IMG/VR virus record: IMGVR_UViG_3300029984_000001
Coordinates: 199,572-263,571 of that record
Strand: one strand, 5' to 3'
DNA: 64,000 nucleotides
Below, in pieces: positions 19,535 through 29,156 of the stretch. The first letter of the stretch is position 1, and the number at the start of each line of letters is the position of its first letter. A program made the translations under genes and the position numbers. Under the pieces are notes generated by a model that ran no database searches, was not told the DNA's origin, and worked only from the letters and a program-made list of their open reading frames with translations.

Positions 19535-20460
19535 AAAAAGAATTAACAATCGAGGATAAAAAAATATTAAAGAAAGAAGTTGAAATAGAGGTTAAATATA
19601 AATATGTTTTTGATTCTTTTAAAAATATTATATATAATCTTATAAACTCGCCATATTTAAACGATAAAGATTTTTCAATAAATACTTTTACAAATGATAT
19701 AAGAAATAGAAATCATAGAGACAAAGAATTAATAGAATTTATTAAATTTTTAAGCAGTATAAATAAAAAACAAAAAGAAATAAAAGAAATTTTAATAGAT
19801 TGGAAAGATAGAGTAGATAGTTATGAAAATGAATATACATGTGATCATCTTCCTTCTGATAGTTTAATCGAAATAAAAGATAATATATTTTTCTGTGAAA
19901 GATGTGGTAAAGTATTTGATATAATTCCACAATTACCTAATGAAGATATTAATAATTTCGTTGACAAGTTTAGTTCATTAATAAATGATATGAAGGGACA
20001 AGGTTATTATGATCCAGAAATAGGATTAATTTCAAATAGATATGGTGGTAAAGGAGTTATTTCTAGTATAACAGAAGATTCTATATTATCTCCTCATACA
20101 AATGATGGTACTCCAGTTGAAATAAACATGTCACTAAAACAAATTATGAACAGAATGACAGATGAAGAGTTTATAAAATTTACTGAAAATCTTTTCTTAA
20201 AAAATATAGAGGTTCGTAAATCTAGAATATTAAAAGAAAATTTACCAAGTTTTGAAATTGGTGAGAATAAAAATACAGAATATATACATGATCCTAATTC
20301 TCTAATAGCAAAATGTCTTCATGTTGAATTTCATAAAGATGGAAATAAAATGAATATGACCAAAATAAATGAAGATACATATAAATGTAATATATGTACA
20401 GAAGAGATATCTAGAGATATGTATAAATTATTAAAACTACGTTTTGAAACTAAAAGATAA
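19531..20460 (+). CDS. Mosaic protein: paralog domain, two CxH...CxxC Zn ribbons, and an embedded RNAP beta fragment
   Basis: FIKFLSS...IKEILIDWKD; CDH..CERC and CLH..CNIC; SNRYGGKGVIS...PHTNDGTPVEI...NRM. Confidence 0.75.
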   Translation: MKKELTIEDKKILKKEVEIEVKYKYVFDSFKNIIYNLINSPYLNDKDFSINTFTNDIRNRNHRDKELIEFIKFLSSINKKQKEIKEILIDWKDRVDSYENEYTCDHLPSDSLIEIKDNIFFCERCGKVFDIIPQLPNEDINNFVDKFSSLINDMKGQGYYDPEIGLISNRYGGKGVISSITEDSILSPHTNDGTPVEINMSLKQIMNRMTDEEFIKFTENLFLKNIEVRKSRILKENLPSFEIGENKNTEYIHDPNSLIAKCLHVEFHKDGNKMNMTKINEDTYKCNICTEEISRDMYKLLKLRFETKR

Positions 20461-20511
20461 ATGATTGGGTGTATAAACACCCTTTTATTTTTTTATCTTT
20501 TTCTTCAGTTG

Positions 20512-20523
20512 AACATTTAGATA
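20512..20523 (+). promoter_or_regulatory. Late promoter AACA-N6-TA
   Basis: aaca tttaga ta followed by SD aaggagg. Confidence 0.7.
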
Positions 20524-20546
20524 ATTATGGGAAAGGAGGTTTTATA

Positions 20547-21746
20547 ATGGGTAGTAAATTTATTAATAAAAAATATAATGATACAGTTACTAATTTAGTA
20601 GAAGGTATAAATAATAGATTAAAAAATCCCTATTATATATTTAATGATAGACAACCTACTATTACAGATTATTATAATCAATCAGAATTAGAAACATCAT
20701 TAGATGAACATCTACAACAAGAGTTTGAAGATTTAGGGGATGAATCTCCTATAAGATTCAATAAAATAGAAGACTTAGTATTATATGGAATGCCAAAGTT
20801 AGAAGCTAATTATAATATAACAGAGAATGGTTTTGAATCAGATCAACTTCAAGGAGAAGCTATATTCCTACCTAATACTATAATACCAAAAAAAGGAGAT
20901 TTCTTTAGAATAAAATATTTAAACCAACCTTTATTATTTAAAGTAATCAGTTCTACAATAGATACAATAGATAATCTTAGTAATATATATAAAATTCAAT
21001 GGGTATATGAAAGACCAGATTGTGACGAAATAGAAAAACAAGTTGTTGACAACTTTACTTCTATAACAGAAAACTCGGGTACAGAATATAAATCTGTTAT
21101 AAAGAATTCAGAATATAAATTTATAGAAAAGATAGATGAAGTATTAACAACTTTAAAAGAGTACTATAAAGTATTATTTTATTCTGATAGAGTACAGGCT
21201 TTTATTTTTTCATTTAAACATGATTTTTTCTATGATCCTTATGCAGTAGAATTCATAATTAAACATGATTTAATTAGTACATTAGACGATTATTTATACA
21301 TTACACAACAATGTAGTTTGCATGAAACTTTTGTATTTGAATATGTAAAATCTATATTTACAGCTTTAGAAAAGAAAGATAAGAACCTTGGTAAATATAA
21401 AACGTTTTCTCAGGCTGAATTTATCCAAGATGTATTCGGAGTATTCTCTTTTAGATCAGAACCTTATTATAAAATTCTATATAGAGATTATATGTTTCCA
21501 AATAAGGAGATAATAAATTTCTTAGATGAAGATTTGATCGGTAGAATATCATCAAATACTTTATATAGCGAAGATGAATTAAATTATAGAAATATTATAA
21601 TAAAACATTTTAATAATACTGATATAAAGTTAAATGATGTAGAATGTATCTCAAGTATGCAATATAATACAAGTGTTAATCTATTTTATGAGATAATATT
21701 TGTGATATATATATTAGAAAAGAATGTCAAAATATTATTAAAATAA
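20547..21746 (+). CDS. Virion structural protein (possible neck/head-closure, gp14-like N-terminus)
   Basis: Late promoter; PKKGDFFRI...LFKV motif. Confidence 0.5.
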   Translation: MGSKFINKKYNDTVTNLVEGINNRLKNPYYIFNDRQPTITDYYNQSELETSLDEHLQQEFEDLGDESPIRFNKIEDLVLYGMPKLEANYNITENGFESDQLQGEAIFLPNTIIPKKGDFFRIKYLNQPLLFKVISSTIDTIDNLSNIYKIQWVYERPDCDEIEKQVVDNFTSITENSGTEYKSVIKNSEYKFIEKIDEVLTTLKEYYKVLFYSDRVQAFIFSFKHDFFYDPYAVEFIIKHDLISTLDDYLYITQQCSLHETFVFEYVKSIFTALEKKDKNLGKYKTFSQAEFIQDVFGVFSFRSEPYYKILYRDYMFPNKEIINFLDEDLIGRISSNTLYSEDELNYRNIIIKHFNNTDIKLNDVECISSMQYNTSVNLFYEIIFVIYILEKNVKILLK

Positions 21747-21756
21747 CATTGAAATA
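21745..21756 (+). promoter_or_regulatory. Late promoter AACA-N6-TA
   Basis: aaca ttgaaa ta. Confidence 0.65.
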
Positions 21757-21785
21757 ATACTATAAAATATAAGGAGGAATATTGT

Positions 21786-21923
21786 ATGGATTTAGAAAGT
21801 ATACTATGTTTAGAAGTAGCTGCTGATATATGTACAGAATCTATTGAGATGGATTTTAGTGTCTACGATTTTCAAATGCAAGAAAGAATGGATGATTTAG
21901 AAAGAAAAGGAGTGACATATTAA
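21786..21923 (+). CDS. 45-aa acidic protein (below the ORF-track cutoff)
   Basis: SD aaggagg; MDLESILCLE...KGVTY*; stop overlaps the next ATG. Confidence 0.65.
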   Translation: MDLESILCLEVAADICTESIEMDFSVYDFQMQERMDDLERKGVTY

Positions 21924-22429
21924 TGAGTAATTCAGTAACAATAAAAAATGTAAATATATATCCGATAAAAGGACAAAAGGTTTATGAAATTAGCCCACCG
22001 TTAATTGGTATTTGTACAGACGTAGATTTAAATACTTTAATTATAAGAAGAATAATTAAATCTGGTCATAAGGTTGAGGAAAATTTACCAGATGGTAGAA
22101 AAATTGTTCTAAATCTTGAAAACTTTGAATGTGATAATACCGTAGAAAGACCAATTATGACTACTATCGTGTCATCTAATACAAATTCAGAATTAGTTGA
22201 TAAATTGGTTAAATCTGAATCAACAATAAAAGAACTTAATGAAAAGATTGATAATCAAGAAGGTAATTATAGAGAGGCTGTAGCTTCTTATACATCATTA
22301 CTAAATGCAGCTAAAAGTGAAAGTTTAGAAAAAGATAAAAAAATAAAAGAGTTAACAGAAGAGAATGTAAAATTAAAAGAAGAAGTTAACACTTATGAAG
22401 AATTATCAAAAGAAGAACCAATTAAATAA
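21923..22429 (+). CDS. Hypothetical protein with C-terminal coiled coil
   Basis: Translationally coupled ORF. Confidence 0.7.
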   Translation: MSNSVTIKNVNIYPIKGQKVYEISPPLIGICTDVDLNTLIIRRIIKSGHKVEENLPDGRKIVLNLENFECDNTVERPIMTTIVSSNTNSELVDKLVKSESTIKELNEKIDNQEGNYREAVASYTSLLNAAKSESLEKDKKIKELTEENVKLKEEVNTYEELSKEEPIK

Positions 22430-22433
22430 AAAA

Positions 22434-22463
22434 TATAGAGCACATTAGTGCTCTATTATTTTA
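22434..22463. terminator. Bidirectional terminator
   Basis: atagagcac-atta-gtgctctat. Confidence 0.7.
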
Positions 22464-22611
22464 TCTTATAAATGTGTATTGTCATCGTACATTAATAGTT
22501 ATCCCCCTTTCGTTTATTTGGATAACATTAATGTTTAGTGTTTACCATATACTTCAACTCCTTTATAATATAATCATTTAGTGTTAAATTAAGATGATTA
22601 TTATTGTTTAT

Positions 22612-22630
22612 TCATAATTATAATATATAA
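22612..22630 (-). promoter_or_regulatory. Early-type promoter
   Basis: Minus strand ttatatattata atta tga. Confidence 0.55.
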
Positions 22631-22656
22631 TTATAAATCGGGAGTTTTACAAAATC

Positions 22657-22863
22657 TTAATAAAATTCTATAGGAGTTAATTTCTTTTGTGTTTGTGGGA
22701 GTATTAAAGTAAAATTATATAATGCTTGTACTGTTTCATTACTAGATACATGAACATTCTTTCCACCTAAATCTATATAGTATCTTTTAGAATTTATATA
22801 TTCATCTAATTCTTTATTAGATTCAATTGTATAAGCTACTTTAGCGGTTAACTGATCACCATC
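22657..22863 (-). CDS. rpoC: RNA polymerase beta' N-terminal subunit, exon 2
   Basis: Begins DGDQ, completing GDY|DGD. Confidence 0.9.
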   Translation of the reverse strand, partial: DGDQLTAKVAYTIESNKELDEYINSKRYYIDLGGKNVHVSSNETVQALYNFTLILPQTQKKLTPIEFY

Positions 22864-22977
22864 CACACATTAACCTATTGTGAACGCAACTTCACCAGAA
22901 GATTTTCATCTTCCCAGACTATATCATCCCTTATGGGCTACCTCTTTCGAATCTATCATAAGCTTATAGATCCTACT

Positions 22978-23850
22978 CTACTCAATATTAAAGTTATATT
23001 TATTTGATATTTCGGTATGAGATTCTTTTCTTTTTATCCTACCAATTATACTTCTTTGTTGTTGAAATTCCCCTGGTAGTTTCAATTCATCTATAATTGC
23101 TCTAGTTGAATATCCTTTAGATAATAATTTACAAATGTTTTCTACATATGGAAAGAAATCTATTTGAGGTTTCTTCTCTTTAAATTTATATAATGTGGAT
23201 ATATGTTTCCATCTTTTACCTTTAATAATATGACTTACATTAAATCTATTATTTTCAGTATTTTCCATATTAGATTTTATTAAAGCATTTCCATATGAAT
23301 CTCCATCTTGAACATATTTGCAAATACTATGTACTTGTTCTTCTGTCCATTTACTCATACCATTATTTTCTCCATAAGTATTTTCTCCAGTACCCCAACC
23401 TCCATCTTCCTTGACAAATCTTGATTCAACATGTTTAGAAAATTCTCTATCTGTATCTTTATTTTGAAACTCATGTTCAAGATTTTCTAGTTGAGTACAC
23501 CATTCTAAATTACCATAGAATGCATCTGATCTACATAAATTTTTATGGTTTACTTGAGTTTTATTTATTGGGTCTGGATTAAATACATACATGGTAGCAA
23601 CCAAAATATGTACAAAGAAAGATTTTCTAGTAGAATCATTTAATTGTAAAGATACTGATAAATATCCATTAGATAGTGCTACCGATAATAAATTACCTTC
23701 TATATTTAAAAATCTACCATAATTACTTATCTTATAACCTGTTCTGATATTATAACATTGTAAATCTACCCATTGTTCTATAGGATTAGGATATTCTATT
23801 AATGGGTTTATACCTTGTGAGAAATCGTCTCTTATCATAAAACTTTTCAT
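22978..23850 (-). CDS. Intron-encoded HNH homing endonuclease (NUMOD4-like N-terminus)
   Basis: YKISNYGR, VHILVA, QVNHKN...NLEWCTQLENLEH; located between intron elements R and S. Confidence 0.92.
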   Translation of the reverse strand: MKSFMIRDDFSQGINPLIEYPNPIEQWVDLQCYNIRTGYKISNYGRFLNIEGNLLSVALSNGYLSVSLQLNDSTRKSFFVHILVATMYVFNPDPINKTQVNHKNLCRSDAFYGNLEWCTQLENLEHEFQNKDTDREFSKHVESRFVKEDGGWGTGENTYGENNGMSKWTEEQVHSICKYVQDGDSYGNALIKSNMENTENNRFNVSHIIKGKRWKHISTLYKFKEKKPQIDFFPYVENICKLLSKGYSTRAIIDELKLPGEFQQQRSIIGRIKRKESHTEISNKYNFNIE

Positions 23851-23866
23851 TTATTCTCATCTCCTT

Positions 23867-23885
23867 TCGTGTATATAATATATAA
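23867..23885 (-). promoter_or_regulatory. Early-type promoter inside the intron, driving the HNH gene
   Basis: Minus strand ttatatattata taca cga followed by SD aaggag. Confidence 0.65.
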
Positions 23886-24094
23886 CTTTAATATCTTTTG
23901 ATAGTCGTTGAACGTTCCCTATACATCATCATATAAGGCTTCGATGCTGATTACCCAATTATTAATCATTCTCAAGCATTCACGCTTATAGTTTCCCATT
24001 ACGTTGTAGCTGATTAACTTACAAGGGCGTTCCAGCAGTTAAGGTAGTTTTTGTTTCGACGCACATCGTCAAGAAGACTACAATGGTGAGGTTT

Positions 24095-25522
24095 ATAGTC
24101 TCCTTCTACTTTTTTGAGATGCAAATTACTGATGTTTAAAGTATCTCTAAATCTAGATGATGTATTAGTACCTATATCTTCCTCTCTTATTTTTGGATAA
24201 TAAGGATAGAATTCATTATTTATATAAATACCTTCTGTTTCTACTGTAGATGAAATTCTAATTTTATTTGGGAATTGACCGAAATAAGTATTCATAGGAT
24301 ATCTTGTTAATAATACATGTTTATCTTTAGACATTTCTACAGCAGCCATATAAAAAATATCACACCAACATAATCTTCTATGATAAATAGATGATACATC
24401 TTCTTTATCCATTTCATCTTTAGTATCTGTATGAGGAGCATTGTTACCTTTAAAGTACATATATCTCATTTCACCTGTAGTTAATTCTACTTCTATAGGA
24501 ATGAATCTATTTGAATATCCATGTATAAATCTTTTCATTTGTTTTTTAATTACATCATCTGAAAATTGCACATAAGGATTCTTTACTTGTACTACTTTAG
24601 GATTACCCTTATCATCATATAATACTTTTTCATTAGTACCACCGAATTCATTTTCAAAGAATCTTCTACACCAGAATAATATATACGGATATAGATTTGC
24701 TAAGGCTGATGCTAACGGTAAAGCACAATGTCTTAAATCAACCATTAAATCATCTACTGATTCTACATTTAATTCAGGAGCCGATATAACTAATCTAGAA
24801 GAATAATCTGAAGTCTTTGCCATAACTGTTCTTTTTATGATTCCATATTTCTTTCCTAGATTTGGTTCTTGAGTAAACCAATCATATACTCTAACTAATA
24901 ATTCCTGTATTCTTCCTATAGTAGCAGATGTCATTGAAAATCCAAAATCATCGGATTCTCTTAATGCAGCTGAGGCTATAATTAAAGAATTATATATCTT
25001 ATTAATTTCTCCTACTCCTAAAGTTTTATTTCCAGTATTTACATCTCTATAGTATGCAGGTATTACTATATACTTATCTAAAAATAATGTATTATTCTTT
25101 TTATTTCTATTTATAAAATCTATATTTATATCTCTTTTGAGAGAGTCTGTAGATTTTATTTTTATCTTATCTATATTATTTTTTAAGAAGTCTACCCCAT
25201 TTTCTCCATTCTCATCTTCTTCTAATTGTCCTTGAGAATTAATCTTAAAATTCTTAGTCCCATGAACACATTCTTTTATTTTTCTATCCATTCTACACCA
25301 TATTTTATATGATAATGGATCTATGAAATTTTTGTGTAGGTCAATATAGGCAAATATATTGGCTCTTTGATCTTTAGATAAACCAAAAACTTCATTAGAT
25401 AATAAACCGTCTGATGTAGGTACTCCATTACTAAAAAAATATATAGGATTGGTAATCTGTTTTAAATTATTCTCTTTAATTAATCGACTAGGACTTAATG
25501 TCTCTAACTCTAAATGTTTCAT
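24095..25522 (-). CDS. rpoC: RNA polymerase beta' N-terminal subunit, exon 1 (probably virion RNAP); spliced product 544 aa
   Basis: DGLLSNEVFG, VIPAYYRD, KTSDYSSRLVIS, VLLTRYP, GDY; in a late structural operon. Confidence 0.9.
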
Positions 25523-25564
25523 ATTAAAACTCCTTTCTCATTTTGATATAAAAAAGGGATCAGG

Positions 25565-25858
25565 TTATACACCTGATACCTCTTTCATTGTTATTCCTAT
25601 AGTATCATTATTAATGTTAAATTCTACCTGATATTTTTTATCATATACAGATGATGCATTGATTACAGGTATTGATTTGGTCTTCTTTTTTAATTCAAAA
25701 TATATAGAATCATCAACTATATTTATGTTTTTCATATTAAAGTCATTAAATAAAGAACAGACTCCATATGATGTCATAATAGCTTCATAATTATTAGCGA
25801 AATATTCACAATCGTTAATATTATTAGATTCTATGAATTTCATTCTATCCATTACCAT
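25565..25858 (-). CDS. Hypothetical protein
   Basis: SD aaggag; in operon. Confidence 0.65.
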   Translation of the reverse strand: MVMDRMKFIESNNINDCEYFANNYEAIMTSYGVCSLFNDFNMKNINIVDDSIYFELKKKTKSIPVINASSVYDKKYQVEFNINNDTIGITMKEVSGV

Positions 25859-25866
25859 GTCTCAGA

Positions 25867-26097
25867 TCATCTCCTTTTATTTTTAGATTGCTTTCCCTTA
25901 GGGGTAGAGGTATTACCAGCAGCAGATCCCATAGCTGCTAATAATGATGCTGTACATCCCATAGCTTCAGCTTCTAATTGTTTTTGTCCTTCACCAGTTA
26001 GCATCTTTTCATAAATATCCATATAGATTTTATGAAATAACTTATTTCTCATGTTTTCTAGTTCTGTAAAAGAAATCTTCTTATAATGATTGATCAT
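25867..26097 (-). CDS. Hypothetical protein
   Basis: In operon after the baseplate genes. Confidence 0.65.
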   Translation of the reverse strand: MINHYKKISFTELENMRNKLFHKIYMDIYEKMLTGEGQKQLEAEAMGCTASLLAAMGSAAGNTSTPKGKQSKNKRR

Positions 26098-26108
26098 TAT
26101 AATCTTAT

Positions 26109-27824
26109 CTATATACTTCCTAGTTGAGCCACCTGATGTTGCGTAAAAAGGAGATCTTCTGCCGACATTTGATGTTCTGGTTCTATATAATTACATTTAG
26201 GACATTTACTTTCAGGTATTTTATATGTAATACCTTGTTCTTCTTCACTTGCTTCTTTATATATGTAAGATAATAAAGTTTGAAATTGTGCAGTATTTAA
26301 TTCTTTAGTTATAATCAAACCGTATTTTCTTATCTTGTTTTTAAGAACTTTTCTTGCTTTTTCCCTATCATCTTTTTCAACGTCAATTGTCAAATCTATA
26401 GGTCTGAATTGTTCATTTTGTCTATCTATAAGATATATAGTATCTACATAAGTTAATATATTTATTATACTACTATATTTCTTTCTAAATTCAGGTTCTA
26501 GTAAATAAGGCTCAATATTATTTTTCCAAATAGAAGGTTTCTTTAATTTAAATAAATAATCATCTGATATTTGATAACCTTTACCCTCTATTTTGTATGG
26601 AGAATCATCTGGATTATTTAATATATCATAATATTTAGCTTCTGCTTCTGGAGAATCAAATTTCATCATATTCTTAATAGGAATATATTTATTTAAATAA
26701 GGTGCTTTACAATGATCACATTGAGCTGCTAATATATTACTATCTTTAAATGAACTTATAAATCCACCCATATAAATATGATTCAAATCCACAGATAAAG
26801 TATTCTTTAACCATGTAAATACATCAACAGGTTTAGTTCCTCTTAAATGATCATATAATATTTTAAATTTCTTAATCAATTGTCCATACTCTCCACCAGT
26901 CTCTAATTCAGCTACTAGCTCATTTACTTCGAAACCTTCTAATTCTTCCATAGCAAATATTCTTTTTGAGTTCCATAAAACATGTTCCTCAATATCTTTA
27001 TGTCTTGTAGAAGAAGCATTGTTAATATTAACAGGTTTTCCAAATCCAAATTTACTTATATCTATCGGATTCTTAATAGGTTTCAATGATGCTTTTATAT
27101 CAGCTCTCATTGCTTCAAACATTTTATCTAATTCTTCTGTAGTAAATTTTAGATCTTTTTCTATTTGAGCTTCTTCATCTTCATCATCTATTTTAATATA
27201 ATCAATATCTTTTGGAATTTCTTTTTCATCGAAATCGTTTTTATCAAACATTTCAGAATTTATTTTAGAAGCATCTTCTAACGATAAATTGGCACCACTT
27301 TTCATAACTGTATTACTATTAGATTCAATCATTTTTATAGGACTTACAAACTCTTTTTCATTAGGGTCTGGTATAACACCATGTTCATTATATATAACTA
27401 ATTTTTCTTCTACTACATCATCTATAACTATAGATGATTTTATTTCAACTGATTCTTTTTCTTGATGTATTATTAGTTTTTCTTCCATATCATCATCTCC
27501 ATATTCCATTGATAATTCGGGTATATCTAAATCGTTATCATTATAAGTATTTTTTAATACACCACTTTCTTCCATTTGTCTTCTTTCTATTTCTTCTTGT
27601 TTCAATTTATTGAATACAATCTTTTCTTCTTTAAGTGCATTTATTCTATTATCTATCAAACTCATAATATTATTTTCAGATTCTATATTTTTCTCTTTTG
27701 CTTCTTTGGATTGCTCTTCCCTTTTGCTCCCCTCTACTATTTTTTTGATTTTTGTCATATCCACTTCTTCATATTTAGTATCTTTTTTTCTCATTTGATT
27801 AAGTGTACTTGGTTTTTCATTCAT
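26109..27824 (-). CDS. Baseplate hub assembly protein (T4 gp26-like C-terminus) with long acidic N-terminal extension
   Basis: CDHC and terminal CPKC...EDLLF; follows the gp25-like gene. Confidence 0.5.
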   Translation of the reverse strand: MNEKPSTLNQMRKKDTKYEEVDMTKIKKIVEGSKREEQSKEAKEKNIESENNIMSLIDNRINALKEEKIVFNKLKQEEIERRQMEESGVLKNTYNDNDLDIPELSMEYGDDDMEEKLIIHQEKESVEIKSSIVIDDVVEEKLVIYNEHGVIPDPNEKEFVSPIKMIESNSNTVMKSGANLSLEDASKINSEMFDKNDFDEKEIPKDIDYIKIDDEDEEAQIEKDLKFTTEELDKMFEAMRADIKASLKPIKNPIDISKFGFGKPVNINNASSTRHKDIEEHVLWNSKRIFAMEELEGFEVNELVAELETGGEYGQLIKKFKILYDHLRGTKPVDVFTWLKNTLSVDLNHIYMGGFISSFKDSNILAAQCDHCKAPYLNKYIPIKNMMKFDSPEAEAKYYDILNNPDDSPYKIEGKGYQISDDYLFKLKKPSIWKNNIEPYLLEPEFRKKYSSIINILTYVDTIYLIDRQNEQFRPIDLTIDVEKDDREKARKVLKNKIRKYGLIITKELNTAQFQTLLSYIYKEASEEEQGITYKIPESKCPKCNYIEPEHQMSAEDLLFTQHQVAQLGSI

Positions 27825-27836
27825 TTATATTACCTC

Positions 27837-28217
27837 CTATTTAATCATTTCATCTAATGATAATGTTTTGCTTGTATTATCTGATATTAAAGAATAGATA
27901 GTATTTTCTACTTGTATATCTATAAGTATTATTTTTGATTTCTTTTCTTTCTGGGTTATATTTATACTTACATTTTGTAACATAGGTAAATATTGTGCTA
28001 TTTGTTTTTCAGCATTTAATTGTAACGCAGGTATATCATCCATCCACATATTTCTGTAGTTTTTGTATAATCCTATACCCATATTAGGGTGAGTTTCTAT
28101 ATCTCCAGGGTTCATTAAAAATAATCTAATTAATAATATAGCAATAGCATTTTCACCTTCAAATACTTTAGGGTTTTTGTAATCATCTAATGATAAGACA
28201 TATTCTCTTATAGCCAC
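27837..28217 (-). CDS. Baseplate wedge/sheath initiator (gp25-like)
   Basis: LFLMNPGDIETHPNMGIGL...IAQYLP pattern. Confidence 0.7.
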   Translation of the reverse strand: MAIREYVLSLDDYKNPKVFEGENAIAILLIRLFLMNPGDIETHPNMGIGLYKNYRNMWMDDIPALQLNAEKQIAQYLPMLQNVSINITQKEKKSKIILIDIQVENTIYSLISDNTSKTLSLDEMIK

Positions 28218-28244
28218 ATATAATCACCTCTGATATATTAAATT

Positions 28245-28256
28245 TAATTATAAGTT
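28245..28256 (-). promoter_or_regulatory. Late promoter AACT-N6-TA
   Basis: Minus strand aact tataat ta. Confidence 0.65.
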
Positions 28257-28299
28257 TAACTTATAAAAAGATACATAATGTAAATATAAAGATTTATAA

Positions 28300-28318
28300 T
28301 TATATATTATACTTATGA
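28300..28318 (+). promoter_or_regulatory. Early-type promoter
   Basis: ttatatattata ctta tga. Confidence 0.65.
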
Positions 28319-28362
28319 ATACATAATAAAATATTTTAATTAAGAGGAGAGATTTAAAATGA

Positions 28363-28803
28363 TTGCATGATGAAATTCAAAAAGTGATAGCTAATTCATA
28401 TTCAAATTATTTAGGAGGAAATTTATATTTATTTGGTTTATTTACAAAAATAGATAATCTATATGTAGAAATGTTTGAATTATTCTATGATACTAACATA
28501 ACAAACCATATTGATAATTGTTTGGATAATAATTTATCTCAAAAACAATCAATAGAATCTATGGTAGATGGTGTCATTAATAATGAATTATTTGAGAATA
28601 AACTGAAAGGCTTTAAATTAGATCATATTAAAATAAATAATATAATAAATGTGTATAATGATGTGCTTATTAATTTACCAGAAGAAAAGTGTTTAATAGA
28701 AAGGAAAGATATTAAATTATTAAACGACTATTATTATGTCAAAACAGTCTATTCAAAATTGATAGAATCTTTGAATAAAATAAAAGGAGGAGAAAAACAA
28801 TGA
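28363..28803 (+). CDS. Hypothetical protein (start uncertain; the SD-aligned ATG at 28359 is out of frame)
   Basis: 146-aa ORF. Confidence 0.6.
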   Translation: MHDEIQKVIANSYSNYLGGNLYLFGLFTKIDNLYVEMFELFYDTNITNHIDNCLDNNLSQKQSIESMVDGVINNELFENKLKGFKLDHIKINNIINVYNDVLINLPEEKCLIERKDIKLLNDYYYVKTVYSKLIESLNKIKGGEKQ

Positions 28804-29144
28804 GTCAAACAATAGTCATTGTTAAAGGTGGAGAAAAAGTCAATGATCTTTATTGTGAAAATAGAAGAGAATTTGTAGATGAAATTTATTTTACTACATC
28901 TGTTACAGATATTATTTGGTATCAAATAAAAGGGGTCGTAATAAATATTGATACATATGATAATGATGAAGATTTAACTGATTCTTGTTTACAAATAATA
29001 GATCTAGATAAGAAAGATGAATTATTACAATTGATAAAAGATTATGATAAATCTAAATTAACAGAAGCAGATTTATTTTGGTTATTGGAATTAGAAACAG
29101 TATTAAAATCTAATGACTATGATTATTTACAAATAAGTATTTAG
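28800..29144 (+). CDS. Hypothetical protein
   Basis: ATGA-coupled ORF, SD aaggagg. Confidence 0.7.
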   Translation: MSQTIVIVKGGEKVNDLYCENRREFVDEIYFTTSVTDIIWYQIKGVVINIDTYDNDEDLTDSCLQIIDLDKKDELLQLIKDYDKSKLTEADLFWLLELETVLKSNDYDYLQISI

Positions 29145-29156
29145 GAGAGGATTAAA

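Larger units (their letters stand above)
22864..24094 (-). mobile_element. Group I intron (1231 nt, phage IA-like)
   Basis: P1: exon aaggagactaT pairs with Gtagtcttctt, with U.G at the splice site; P10: tcaccatt with gatggtga; P aactgctggaa, Q aatcagca, R gttcaacgacta, S gatatagtct; terminal G. Confidence 0.93.

Noticed and set aside
19531-20460. Calling this ORF an RNA polymerase beta subunit
   Set aside because: Only about 45 aa match, the GDK lysine is missing and the flanks are unrelated
24014-24094. C-terminal KPHHCSLLDD... tail of the 502-aa ORF
   Set aside because: Read-through into intron sequence; the true exon ends at 24095
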